Assembly: GCA_937625935.1 (NCBI GenBank)
Contig: OW569361.1
Coordinates: 186,001 to 250,000 of the forward strand
Direction: 5' to 3'
Origin: Tetramitus jugosus
Lineage: Eukaryota > Protista > Heterolobosea
Length of the DNA stretch: 64,000 bases
The position numbers were made by a program, and so were the translations under genes. Below the pieces are notes generated by a model, which ran no database searches, was not told the DNA's origin, and saw only the letters and a program-made list of their open reading frames with translations. Every line of letters starts with the position of its first letter. The first letter of the stretch is position 1. Shown in pieces: positions 31,345-43,399 of this stretch.

Positions 31345-33864
31345 TTATTGCTGCATGTGGAACCATTGTACCTTGTGTTGATTCTCCGAATCAGTTACAC
31401 TGACTACGAGATGTTGTTGATCTGGACTTACGGCAACAGCATAGGGGAAGCCTCCAATCAAACTGGATTCAAACAAGCATACGAATCTGTAGTCCAAGGT
31501 ATCAAATAGTTGGATCCGTTGATTATCTTCATCACAGACGGCAATGAATTGAGTGTGTTTGTCTGCAGAGTCAATAATACATATTCCTCTTGGATAACTT
31601 AGTTTACCCTTTGCCCTACCGCATTCTCCAATGACGTGTTCGAACTTTCCCTCTTTGGAAAACACTTGTACACAATGAGAGTCGCGATCTGTAACATATA
31701 TTCTTCCATCATCACCAACACCAATTCCATAGGGGTACTTAAATTCTCCCTCATCAGATCCTTCAGAGCCGAAAGTTGATTTAAATGCTCCATCACTCCC
31801 AAACACCTGGATACGACAATTTCCGGAATCAACAACTAGGAAATTTCCTTCACTATCTACTGCGATATCTCTAGGATTTTGGAGTTGACCCTTCTGTACT
31901 CCTTTCGTGCCGAAGCTAAACAAGTGATCAAGCTCTGGACTGAACACTTGAACCCGATGATTTTGGTCATCACACACCGCCAAATTACCAAATGAATCAA
32001 ATGCAATACCCTTTGGATGATCAAATAGACCATTCTCTGTCCCACCATCTCCGAAGCTATATGCCAATGATCCATCTGCAGCAAAAATTTGAATTCTGTT
32101 GTTGGATGAATCGCTAACAAAGAAACGACCACTGGAGTCCACAACAACAAAGTTAGGATGATTAAACTCTCCTAGTTTATCTCCCTTTCTTCCTACACTT
32201 TGTTCCAGTTCTAAAATGAGAGGAGAATCCGAAACAGTGACCAAGAAGGGACTATCTTTAATGTGATGTCCGTCTACTGTGACACTTATTGCGATCGATC
32301 CCATCTGGTTCGGTCTATATCGAACAGTGTATTTACATGTGTCGAACTCTCGAATTCTATCAACCTTTGGCTCTATCGTGATCCCTGTCTCTATCACATC
32401 TATGAATACGACTAACTGTCCTTGTCCCGTGTATGGCTCGCCTTTCGAAGAGAAAAGAGTCACTTCAAACATCGCTGATCGACCTTCACAAGCATGTTTT
32501 AACCCCGATCCTGAAGCTTCTGATAAGTTCAAACTTATTGTTACATCATCTACCGATCCCCATTGAGTAATTTCGTTTAGCACTGGTTCATGATTGGATG
32601 TAATTGAGAATGAATCAATATCTGGAAGAATACTGGGTTTGGATAATTCCTTACCAAGTTCTTCGACCACCAATGAAGCTGCATTGGCTTCTTCAATAAG
32701 CATAGAATCGGAACAACTTGATATCATTTCAACTGTATAACTCCTTAATTGATTTTTCAGCTGATTTAATACCTTGAGGCGATTTTCCATTTGTTCCAAT
32801 CGAGGATAGGTTACTTCATGGATAATAGTGCGTAATTCGTTCATCCGAGCCTCTAAATTCGTCTTTAATATCTCGTAATCGCTAATAATTCTAGTAAGGC
32901 TGTCGTCTCTCTTCTTCATGACAGATCCTAACACCGATTCTATATGATTTGTTTCAATCAGTATTCTCTCAACATATCCATCTACATTTCTGGCTAGTCC
33001 TAGTAATTCGTTTTTTCTTTCTCCAGCTATTTCATGCACAAACACATAATCGTGCACCTTATGTTCAGTTAAAGCACAATCCTTACATATCAGCTGATAA
33101 TCACATGTTATACAAACGAGTGAAACTTTTTTTGAAGAATGGGTGCCACAGTGTTTCTCAACCGACTTGTTGGGCGACGATAATTCGTTGCAAGTGTGGT
33201 CCTTTGTTTTTTTCGATTTCATGTGGGCAGAAGCCTGTATCCTACACAAATACATGCAACAGTTCGTGCAATAATGAGTAGCAATTTCCTGAGTATCATT
33301 ACACTCTTCGCAGTAGTGTATCTCTATGGAACTAGGTTGTTGGACCTGATCAGTTCTATCATCAATCCTTGATTGTTCATGTTGGTCCTTCAATGGATCA
33401 TTATCTTCTCCTTTTTGATCACTTGAATCAAGTTTCGTTCTCTCTTGTGTAACCTCCTCCAGTTTGCTCTCTTTGTCAATGGCTTCTGTATCTACTTCTT
33501 TTCGTTGTTCTGAATCTTCACTTGAACTTTTCTCTTCTTGCTTCTCTGCTACTTCTTCGCTCTGTTTGTTATCGTCTTCTTCTTGTATCTCATGATCAGA
33601 ATCCCCTTCAACTTCTTCATCTTGTCGTTCTTTTATCTGTGATTTGGAAGCTTCTTCCAATGGCGATTGTACTTCAAGTTCTGAAGAAACATCGAGTGAG
33701 GATGATGGAGAGCTTAAAACTTGGGAAATACTTCCTTTAGGATTGTGAGGAGTGGACACTACAGTGTTCTCTTCCTGTTCGTCCAACGAGGAGTGATAAC
33801 TCTCCGTTACCGAACTAAAGTCCTCACTGGATGTAGATATTGTGTCATCTGAGTCTGTTGTCAT
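31345..33864 (-). CDS. RING-less TRIM-NHL-like protein (two B-boxes, coiled coil, filamin repeat, NHL repeats)
   Basis: CEEC...ATHYCTNCCMYLC...H..H; CGTH...CITC...CKDC..EHKVH; filamin ASGSGL...ISVTVDGHHIKDSPF; several NHL repeats (F.HP.GIA.D..G...V.D..N.RIQVF). Likely start MTTDSDD at 33864. Confidence 0.9.
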   Translation of the reverse strand: MTTDSDDTISTSSEDFSSVTESYHSSLDEQEENTVVSTPHNPKGSISQVLSSPSSSLDVSSELEVQSPLEEASKSQIKERQDEEVEGDSDHEIQEEDDNKQSEEVAEKQEEKSSSEDSEQRKEVDTEAIDKESKLEEVTQERTKLDSSDQKGEDNDPLKDQHEQSRIDDRTDQVQQPSSIEIHYCEECNDTQEIATHYCTNCCMYLCRIQASAHMKSKKTKDHTCNELSSPNKSVEKHCGTHSSKKVSLVCITCDYQLICKDCALTEHKVHDYVFVHEIAGERKNELLGLARNVDGYVERILIETNHIESVLGSVMKKRDDSLTRIISDYEILKTNLEARMNELRTIIHEVTYPRLEQMENRLKVLNQLKNQLRSYTVEMISSCSDSMLIEEANAASLVVEELGKELSKPSILPDIDSFSITSNHEPVLNEITQWGSVDDVTISLNLSEASGSGLKHACEGRSAMFEVTLFSSKGEPYTGQGQLVVFIDVIETGITIEPKVDRIREFDTCKYTVRYRPNQMGSIAISVTVDGHHIKDSPFLVTVSDSPLILELEQSVGRKGDKLGEFNHPNFVVVDSSGRFFVSDSSNNRIQIFAADGSLAYSFGDGGTENGLFDHPKGIAFDSFGNLAVCDDQNHRVQVFSPELDHLFSFGTKGVQKGQLQNPRDIAVDSEGNFLVVDSGNCRIQVFGSDGAFKSTFGSEGSDEGEFKYPYGIGVGDDGRIYVTDRDSHCVQVFSKEGKFEHVIGECGRAKGKLSYPRGICIIDSADKHTQFIAVCDEDNQRIQLFDTLDYRFVCLFESSLIGGFPYAVAVSPDQQHLVVSVTDSENQHKVQWFHMQQ

Positions 33865-34383
33865 TTTTCCTAATGCTAATGTGAATGTGAATATCTCACA
33901 AAAAAATTTCCTGTAAAGCGGAGATTTCAAACAGTAACTGTTTAGCTTGCGTGGCATAGTAGATATCAGCCCTTTGATCATCACATTCCCAGTTATCAAA
34001 AAGAGACGATCTTGCTTTTGTAGATCGATATGTACAACGGTTCTTCTTGTGTTCGTAATTAGAATGAGAAACCGTTCATACCTCCTTGGTAAAGCAAATA
34101 GCTGCAAGCTTTCAGTGAGAAACCAAAGATACCTCCTCCAGTAAAAACAGCACACCGAGTTCATACCCTTTCATTATTCTTTCCCGCGGAAGATGATAAT
34201 TTTAGCTAGTAGGAATTCCACTCGTTGAGCGAACTTGGTTGTTCGAATCATTCTTCTTCAAAAATATTTGAGTTCCTCCACACAGTGATAGTACCACCTC
34301 ACCACCATCAACAACAAACAGCCCTATCGCAACCACCACCATCCAAGTCGGTAGAAGACAGAGAGAACAACATCAATAACAAC

Positions 34384-35886
34384 ATGACGGTCCAACCACA
34401 ACAGCAACCAAAACAGAACAAAATTCTCTTTTGTGGCAATTTTGTCAAAGACAACATTATCCACTTCAAAAAGAGCACGAATGAAACCATTTCTCAAACG
34501 TGTTCCCTGGGCGGGTCAGTCACATTTGGTTCACTTGCCTTTGCACACTACATAGCAGACTTGAGCAACAACAAGAACAGCAGTGACGAATCTTCCTTGT
34601 TCAAAGTCGAAATCATTTCCAACGTCGATGGCTCCAAACTGACAAGATCGGAATCTCAACTGATTCATGACAAAATCGTGGCAAGCAAAAAGAAGCAGAA
34701 GTTTGAAGCGCAAGCACCTTGTGCGATCCAACTACCCAACTCTCTAGAGTGTCAAGTGCTCTCAACTGATGACCACGGATCGGTTGAGGAAGAACAGGAA
34801 CCCTATCTCACGAGCTATGACTTGTTGTACAATGATGAAAACACGCTCACGAACGAAAGAACATTGATTTTGTCGTGCCAAGGTCCCACCATGAATGATG
34901 CTCATTGGTTGAGCTCTCAGTGCATCTCAAGTGGTGGAATGGAGGATGATATTCACTCTTCATCACTCCCTCTTGCTCTGTTCTTTGTGCCTGTTGCGGC
35001 CGAGTTTGACGAACATGCTGTTTGTCACGTCATGGATCAAATGAGTCAAAAGTATCAATCTCAATTGAGGCACAAAATGACTGTCGATGACCGTTTCTGC
35101 ATGCCTCGTTTTCCACTGGTTTGCTGCGATGTGCAGGGATTCTTGCGCTGCTTCTCCTCTCATCACCACAATGACAATAACTTCAACAACCAGGATAACA
35201 TTAAGAGAACATTGGAGACCAATGTTCAAACACATCCGAGCTGTCTCATGAGACAAAAGCTTGAACGATTGGGAAAGCACGTCTTTCTGTTGAAGGCAGA
35301 TGCTTCGGAAGCCAATGCTGTGCTCAGGGATGATTCAAGCTCCGAACAAGAGCTCAAACCAATCGAATGTGCCAAACGATTGCACAAGCTCTTTGATTTT
35401 CCAGTCATTTGCATTACGATGGGACCACAGGGATGCCTCGTCTCCTGCAAACAAAACAAGAAGAATGGCAAGATCAACATCTCTCACAACAGCAACAACA
35501 ACAACAACAGAGACAAGAACGAACAGCACATCGTTTATCGATACATCCCAGCCTATAAACCAAAGTGCACAGTGGACGAAACGGGATGTGGAGACACTTT
35601 TCTCTCTTGTCTCATGGCAGAGATTCTCATCAGCAGCAGCAGCACCAATTCTTCCTCCACTCATCATCATCATCATTCACCTGATGAACATGATGATACA
35701 ACTGCTGATCATAACGCTCCTACCTATTTAGACACTGAACACTTGTTTGAAGCAGTGAAAATGGCAACGGCTGCCACGAGCTTTGTAGTCGAATGCATGG
35801 GACCACAGGGATTTGTCTCTCGATCCACAGCACTCTCAAGAGTGCAACACGGAGAAACGATACCGCTCTGCATTGAACTCGAATGA
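34384..35886 (+). CDS. PfkB/ribokinase-family carbohydrate kinase with low-complexity insertions
   Basis: GNFVKD, LGGSVTF, CDVQG, LKADASEA, ITMGPQG and TVDETGCGDTF (DxxGxGD signature). Confidence 0.88.
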   Translation: MTVQPQQQPKQNKILFCGNFVKDNIIHFKKSTNETISQTCSLGGSVTFGSLAFAHYIADLSNNKNSSDESSLFKVEIISNVDGSKLTRSESQLIHDKIVASKKKQKFEAQAPCAIQLPNSLECQVLSTDDHGSVEEEQEPYLTSYDLLYNDENTLTNERTLILSCQGPTMNDAHWLSSQCISSGGMEDDIHSSSLPLALFFVPVAAEFDEHAVCHVMDQMSQKYQSQLRHKMTVDDRFCMPRFPLVCCDVQGFLRCFSSHHHNDNNFNNQDNIKRTLETNVQTHPSCLMRQKLERLGKHVFLLKADASEANAVLRDDSSSEQELKPIECAKRLHKLFDFPVICITMGPQGCLVSCKQNKKNGKINISHNSNNNNNRDKNEQHIVYRYIPAYKPKCTVDETGCGDTFLSCLMAEILISSSSTNSSSTHHHHHSPDEHDDTTADHNAPTYLDTEHLFEAVKMATAATSFVVECMGPQGFVSRSTALSRVQHGETIPLCIELE

Positions 35887-36057
35887 AAAAAATAAAGACA
35901 CTCGCGACATCGTGACGACTTCACCACACTGATAGAGAAACGTGCATCACCAGGAAAAAAATGGAGAGATATAAAGTGATGAAGTAAGTGATTTCATAAA
36001 TATAGTAAAATCTTGTTGTTGTTGCATCAAAAAAATTGTCCATGAATGATCGATCCA

Positions 36058-36612
36058 TTAGTTGTTTCTCCTGTTGCCCAAAATCAAATTTTCGCGATAT
36101 TCCTTGCGTGCCTTACTAGACAACTCGACATCTTCATCCACTTGTTGTTGATGCAGTTCTCTGGCCAAGGTCAATGACACTCTAGAAGGTCTCTCAAACG
36201 TATGATCCTCCCGATGTGCATCAGCCATCGTCATCTGATTGGCACCACCAGTGCTATGACTTCCAAAACCAACTCTCGACTCATCCAACAATTTCTGAGC
36301 AGGATAAAGCTCCAAATGCAATTGCTTATATCTCTTGTAAAGATCAGTTGCCTTACTGAGACCAATGCTAATGGCAATGGCATAAAAAATCCATAGTGGC
36401 CACATGAACCAATTATCAGGTCTCTCGTATATTACATTGTACACAATTGTGAAAATACTGAGAACGAGTGATAAGAGGAAGCAGAGAACAATGAGAACAA
36501 TGACTGAATTGCGCGTTTGAACATATTCAATGTATGTGTGACGTTGAGAACGAGTGAGAACAATGTCGTCGTTGTGGAGAGCTGATGTGGTTGGTTGTTG
36601 TGTGGTGGTCAT
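36058..36612 (-). CDS. Small two-TM membrane protein (184 aa)
   Basis: Two hydrophobic segments (VIVLIVLCFLLSLVLSIFTIV; WFMWPLWIFYAIAISIGL). Confidence 0.7.
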   Translation of the reverse strand: MTTTQQPTTSALHNDDIVLTRSQRHTYIEYVQTRNSVIVLIVLCFLLSLVLSIFTIVYNVIYERPDNWFMWPLWIFYAIAISIGLSKATDLYKRYKQLHLELYPAQKLLDESRVGFGSHSTGGANQMTMADAHREDHTFERPSRVSLTLARELHQQQVDEDVELSSKARKEYRENLILGNRRNN

Positions 36613-37654
36613 GAGTCGTCTCGATTGTAATTTATATTATTATTGTTGTTGTTGCTTGTTGCTTGTTGCTTTTTGCTTGGAGGCGAAACTTGATTTTTGA
36701 GCAAAGATATTTTCTGTCGGCGGTGATTAGTGCTAAGTTTCCGCGATGATCATTTACGGTTGAAAAGAGGACAACCAATCTTAAGTGAATAGAAGTGGTT
36801 GTCTTCTCGTGAAATGTACATCTATAGGCTCCCATTAGTAGAGCAATGAGTTCTTCCACAATCTCATTGTCCTTTAGAGATGTTGAACAAAGAATGACTT
36901 GGAAGTGATAGAACTCACTGCACCAAGAATCGCCCAGACAAGCTTTGCGGGTTGGTGATTTATAATGAGTGGACAGGAGGATAATTAGAAACTTCCAACC
37001 ATGGTTCTTATCGGGTTTTGAGTGATGTCCTTTGGTTAATATGCCCCAACGGAAACTCACAATTTTTGACCCTGCCGTTCTCAGAGATAAAAGCTACCTC
37101 TTCACGCTTTGGAAAGCGACCTTTGGGGGAGGCACGTTGTTGTTGATTCCTTTGCGAAAAGAAAAACTTACAAAAGTGGAAGCCTCATCCTATCTATGAT
37201 CACATACACCTGAAGGATATCGAAGATTGGCCTCTCGGTGGGACAAATTGCGATGCCGGCTTGATCGGCGAGATTGGCGGATTATTCTTGTCCAGTCGGG
37301 CCATTGTAATGGTCATGATGTTTGACACTTCGCGACAACCGCTTCTCCACCACACCACAGAAACACAGCTGGAACAAACAACAGAAAAAGACGGCTCAAA
37401 AAACCAGTGTTCCCATTTATTTCTTTCATTCTTTTTGGTGGTGGCGTGTTTGAATAGTCCCATCAAAATCATCTCATCAACAACAACAACAACAAGACAA
37501 ACAACAACCCCTCATCACATTCATCATCTGCAAAACAACAAACAAACAAACAACTCTTTTAGCAAAGTGAAGACAAACGAAAAAAGCCATTGATCATTTT
37601 TCCATCACTTAACAAGCAACAACAACAAATAGTATCATCAGAGAACACATCAAC

Positions 37655-40313
37655 ATGACATCTTTTTCATCAATCTTTCTCTCGCCCATCCTCTGTACAG
37701 ACGATACCAGCAACAACAACAATGACTCTATCCCCCTAGAGAAACAACAACAACAGACACAACAAAGAACATCAATAACAGAAGCAATTGCTGCACCACG
37801 GTTATCCATCTCCAGTTCTTCTGCCCACAACAACAACAACAATGATGAGAATGGAGGTGGTGAATATGAAAATGAAGAATTTGGAACCATGACAAAAGTC
37901 GTGGACGATTTACCGAAATCCAATACACCTCTCAGACTATCCATCAGTAGCAGCAACCACAGCAGCAGTGGTCGATTGAGACGAAATTCCTCTCACGTCC
38001 TACAACGACGCTCCTCATCTGATCAATCTCTATTGACAAATGATGAATTGTCATACATTGAAGAGAGCGAAGAAGATGAGATGCGTAAGCTAAAGGAAAA
38101 GGAGGAACGAGAAGCTCATGAAAAGATGCAACGGAGGCAACGTGAGCGAAAACAGGTCGAAATGGAAATTTTGAGCACAGAGAGAGATTATGTGAGGAAT
38201 TTGGACATGTGCAGTACACATTTTATTAAACCAATCAAGGACTCACTTCAGTCTGGTAAGCCCATATTGAATCAGGATGATTATGAGACCATGTTTGTCG
38301 ATTTGGAGACCATTATTCCAGTCAATAGAGAAATGTTGAACAGTTTGGAGAATTTTGCAAAGAGAGAGAAGGAGATTGAGGAGATGAGACAGCGAGGAGA
38401 ACAAGTTGTGATTGATCCAAAGGCTGAGACACTGGGAACGATATTTTTGAGAATGGTACGTTTTTTTGTTGTTGTTGTTGCAGTTGTTGCGGTTGTATTC
38501 ATCAATCGATTGTTGTTGTTTTTTTTTAACTGGGGATGATTGAAAGCTAACACACATTTTTTGATTGCGGCGGCCGCTACCAAAAAAAAAACAGACACCC
38601 TATCTCAAGTCATACACTGCCTTCTGTAACAAGTACGAAACGATATTTAAGCTGATTGAAGATCGGAAACTGACCAGAAAAGTCTTTAGAAAATTCCTAG
38701 AGTCCAAAGAATATCAACCAGAGGTCAACTTTCAAGCTCTCATTGGTTTCCTCATTCGCCCCGTGCAGAGAATTCCAAGATATAATCTCCTGTTGAGAGA
38801 ATTGATCAAGAACACGGAGGAAGATCATCCTGATTTGAACAATCTGACCAAGGCCAACACCAGTGTTGTAAATTTAGCCAATTATGTGAATGAGAAGTTG
38901 AGAGAGGCCATGAATCAGGAAAAATGTATACATATTGAAAATATTGTCGGCGGATTGAATTTTGAGTTGATTCAAGCGAGCAGAAAATTCATCAAGGAAG
39001 GAGCACTAGGATATATTTCAAGCAAGAATGGTATTCAGTCACGATATGTCTTCTTGTTCAGTGACATGCTCTTGTCGACCAAGTCAAAAACAACCATCAT
39101 AGATTATAAGACCAATGACAGCACGGGAACCAACGCACCCAACTTTAATAATCCAGAGGCAGCAATGACCGCATCTGCAGCTCACGATCAGATAGAAGTG
39201 TCTGGTGGTGATGACGATCAGAAGAAGCGTGAGAAGGGACGCAAAAATAGGGAAAAATTCACATTGAGAAGTGCCATTTCATTCCAGAGCGTTCCACTCG
39301 TATGGCTCAATAATCTGCCTGATGGTTTCATCAGACTGAACGCATTCCAGATTGTGACCAGTCGGAAAACATACACCTTCTTTGCGTCTGATGCCGAGGC
39401 GAAAAAGGAGTGGGTCACGGCGATATCAAAGCACTTGGACATTCAACACGCCAGTCCGCTTTTACAGGGAAAGGAATCTTCTGAGATATGCATCTCTGAA
39501 ACATCAAAGTACCACGTATTTGCAGGCACAAAGACTGTTGAAGATTTTCATACAATGGGTGATTCTTCGTTCGATACGATTCTTGGCTCTCTCAAGTGTG
39601 AGCGACATGAAATGTCTCCTACAATCAACCGATTGAAATTTGGTATCGCGAGACGGAGTTCGAATCCAGAGCGATTAGAGGGCACATCTCCAAAGAGTCC
39701 AAGACATCGTCGAAGCTTCTCCACATTCATCAAGACTTTCACAAAGAGGAAAGACAAGAATAAGAAGGTACTTTCGGACGCAGAAACTGTGGTGGTGAGT
39801 GATTCTGAAGACGAAGAAGAGGAAGCAACTAAGGACATGCTCCCATGGATGACTGACTACTATGAGAGACTACTAGAAAAACAAACACACACAAAGTTCA
39901 TTAAGAAGTTAAATAACGTAGCTGAAGAGTTCAAACCAGTGCTAGAGGACTTACAACAAGTTGAAGCAATGGATAACATTGTTCTCAATCCTCTGTACGG
40001 TGTCAAGGTGAAAACAACTAGAAGTTATCGTGTCAGTGTCTGTGAAGAGCTAAAGGGTGAAATCGATTTGTTGGAATCAAAATTGAGCCCTGCGTCAGCT
40101 TCTTCATCAGTGACACAGCAACACAACTCGCTGCCCTCCACCAGAAATCAGAGGAATTCGCTGCCTCTGGAGGATAACTTTGACGAGTTCGTGAAAGCAT
40201 ATACAAACAAAGCCAACATCAATGCAGCCGCCATGGAGTCAATCTCGGACACTGGAGCACCAAAGGAGAAGAGACGTAGAAGCTTGTTTGCCTCACTTAC
40301 TCAAAGAAAGTGA
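37655..40313 (+). CDS. RhoGEF (DH-PH) protein; intron 38456-38594
   Basis: EILSTERDYVRNL, spliced FLRM|TPYLKSY, LIRPVQRIPRYNLLLRELIKNT, PH domain RYVFLFSDMLL...EKKEWVTAI; GTACGT donor, CTAAC branch point, CAG acceptor. Confidence 0.95.
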
Positions 40314-40490
40314 TCGTATAAAGTTTGAACAAACATCATTCATAGCATACCATATTTGTAAATTTTTGATTGTAAATCAAACGATCAAATTTTTTGCGGC
40401 GCGAGCTCTCAATGGCTAAAATGTACGATTGCCACCAAGCTTGCCGCGCATCATCTCTTCCAACAGAATTGAGAGAACACTGAGCCGAAA

Positions 40491-43384
40491 ATGTACTCGC
40501 CAGAGGATCAGAAAGTATTAGTTGCGGTTCGTGTGCGGCCCAAACTCGATAAGCCAAGTGAGAGGTATCAGGTAGAATGCATTCAAAAGGTGAATGATGG
40601 CGAAGACAAGACTATTATCGTTGCACAGAATGAAGGAAAAGATAACAAATTCAGTATGTGAAATCTTGTTGTTGTCTTTTTGTCGTTGGTACACTGTGAA
40701 TTAACAAGATTGTAATTGTAGACTCCTTCTCCTTTGATAGAGTCTATGATCAAGAGTCTACCCAGTTGGAATTTTATCAAGAATCTTGTTTAGAGTTGGT
40801 TGATAGTGCGCTGCAGGGTTTTGATGTAACAATATTCACGTATGGACAAACAGGTAGTGGCAAGACTTGGACTGTTCTTGGAAAGGTCGGAAACGTCAGA
40901 TCTGGTGAAGATATCATCACAGAGGACAGTGGCTTGTTCCTTAGAATACTTTCAGACCTATTTAGGTTCAAGTCTCAGAGCACAACAATGCATGTTCAGA
41001 TATCAGTTTCGATATTGGAGATTTATTTGGAAGAGTTCCGGGACTTGCTGGCCGATTCGAAGGATCGAGGTAAAACTGTGACTCTACGAGAGGTTGATAA
41101 TGATGGTACGTACTTTATGAATAATGAATGTAGTACTTGAGCATTGTTGAATAACTTACTTGCAATGATAGTCCAGATGCAAAATTTGACGACTGATAGA
41201 GTGGATTCAATAGAGGAAGTGTACAAGCTGTACAAATATGCAGAAAAGAACAGAATGGTTTCTGCTACAAATATGAATGATGTTTCCAGTAGATCTCACT
41301 GTACTTTCCTATTGGACATTGAACAAACAGAGAAGTGAGTACACAAATATTTCACATACAATCTCTTTTTAGCGAACGTCGTGCTTGACACTATCAATAG
41401 GGACAGTAACAATAAGATAAAAAGCAGGATATGCCTTGTAGATTTGGCTGGATCTGAGAGAGTAAAGAAAAGCGAGGTTGAAGGTATTCATATGAAAGAA
41501 GCACAGTCGATTAACAAATCACTATCTGCTCTTGGTAATGTGGTAAATGGTTTGTTTTTGGACAAGAAGCATATTCCCTTTCGAGATTCGAAACTTACAA
41601 GAATTTTAAAACCTAGTTTCGTTGGAAAGGGAAAGATTTTACTAATTGCGAATCTATCACCAACTCAAGCGAGTTGTATGGAGTCACTATCGACCCTGCG
41701 ATTCGCAAATCGGGTCAAGGAGATGAAGGCTCCTTCGATTCAAGATGATGGTATAGAAAGACAGAAGGAATCAGAATTGTTAGAGTTGATGAGACAGAAT
41801 GAGCGATTATACTCCTATCACAACATAGCTACGAAGGTATTTGGTTATGAACCTCAGTTATCAGATTTCTCGTACCGAGATAACTATATTGTTGCTTTGG
41901 AGGCTCAGATAAAAGAAGTCCCCAAAGGATACTCGGACATAATGAAGAAGAAGGAGGAGCTTAGAAAAGTTCAAAGAGATAGACAGCTCCAGGAAGAAAT
42001 TGCGAAATTAACGAGGGAGAAAGCTGAAGAGTGGCAAGAGAGAGTAAAAGGTGCATCACAGAGGCTTGACGATCGTAAAAAGAAGTTAGAGCACGAAAAA
42101 CAACAAGCAAGACAAAGGGTTGATAAATTGAAAGAGGAACTCAATTCAAAGAAGGAAACATTTGTTGACTTACAGAGAGAGTACAGTCTGAAACAAGATA
42201 ATTTAGTAGAACTTCGAGAGGAAGTTTCAGAGCTTCATAGTAAGAAGGAGAGACTCGAAAATGAAGTAAAGCAGAGTCATGTAAAGTATCAAGCTCAAAT
42301 CGAAGACTACGAAAAGAATTGGCGGAAGGAAGAAGAATCCATGCAGTCAGAGACCCAAAACCATGAGCTGGTTAAAAAATTGCACTCAATGACAATGTCT
42401 CTACGATCGGATCAATTGAAGTATTTACATCTAAAGCAGACTCTTCATAACTCGCAAAAGAATCGAGATATGATACTAAAGAGACTCGTTCAACATGAGA
42501 TACGGGTGCATCTCCGTGACACAGTGTTGAAACTGGCTGATGATGCCATAGATATTGCCAAAGTAATTCCTGCATCTCTTGTTCCTAAAAGAACGATGGA
42601 ACCCAAAATTCAATCAAATTCCCACATATTCAACTCTCCAACCAGCAAGCTAACACCCACTCCTGTGGATATAATACCGGAACAAAAGCATTTCATTCCT
42701 TCTACCAACGAGGAGATCTTCGAAGTATTGAAGAAGTCATATCCTTATGATCGAAAGAATATTTTAGCAATGGTTGTGGATTACTTGAAAAGTGGAAGTA
42801 TTTTAACTTTGCATTCCAGAGGAAGGAAATCTCGTCGTTTTTTCTTCGCTGTTTCAGAGGATTTGCAAAGTTTACTCTGGAAGGATGAAAATTTCGCGGC
42901 AATGGAAAGTGTCACTGTCTACACTCTTCCGTTATTTTCTATCCAGAGTATTGTTTTGGGTCAGTACTCTGAGACATTTAGAACTAGCCTTCTTACAAAG
43001 GAAGATGATTTTTACTATTCATTTTCTCTGGAACATTCCTCCCAGAGAACCGTTGATCTATCTGCCACAAACTGTTTTGATTTTGAAGCATGGGTACTGG
43101 CGTTGAGTGCCATATTGGGTCTCAAACCACAGTGGGGAGGGATGATGCGACATGTTGGACAGAAAGAAGCAGTGGCCCTTCTCACTGAGAGTGAACTCGA
43201 GCTGTGTTCCAGCAATCATATCTATGTGGAAGCATTCTTATTTATTCGAAATTTGATCAACGAACTCAGGGAAAATAACATGGTAGATCTGACGAGAGGT
43301 CAGGTGCGAGTATTGTCACAGTTGGATGTCATACGATCTGATAAACTCATGTCATTCTTTTATCCAGATCAACAATCCACATAG
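40491..43384 (+). CDS. Kinesin (N-terminal motor, coiled coil, PH-like domain, SWIRM/HTH-like tail); introns 40654-40721, 41106-41171, 41335-41400
   Basis: VLVAVRVRP, FSFDRVY, YGQTGSGKT, NDVSSRSH, LVDLAGSER, HIPFRDSKLT; the three GT-AG introns keep the frame. Confidence 0.95.
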
Positions 43385-43399
43385 CAATAAATTATAAAT

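Noticed and set aside
40412-40483. Upstream ORF just before the kinesin start
   Set aside because: It may lie upstream of the transcription start; nothing in the sequence indicates function.
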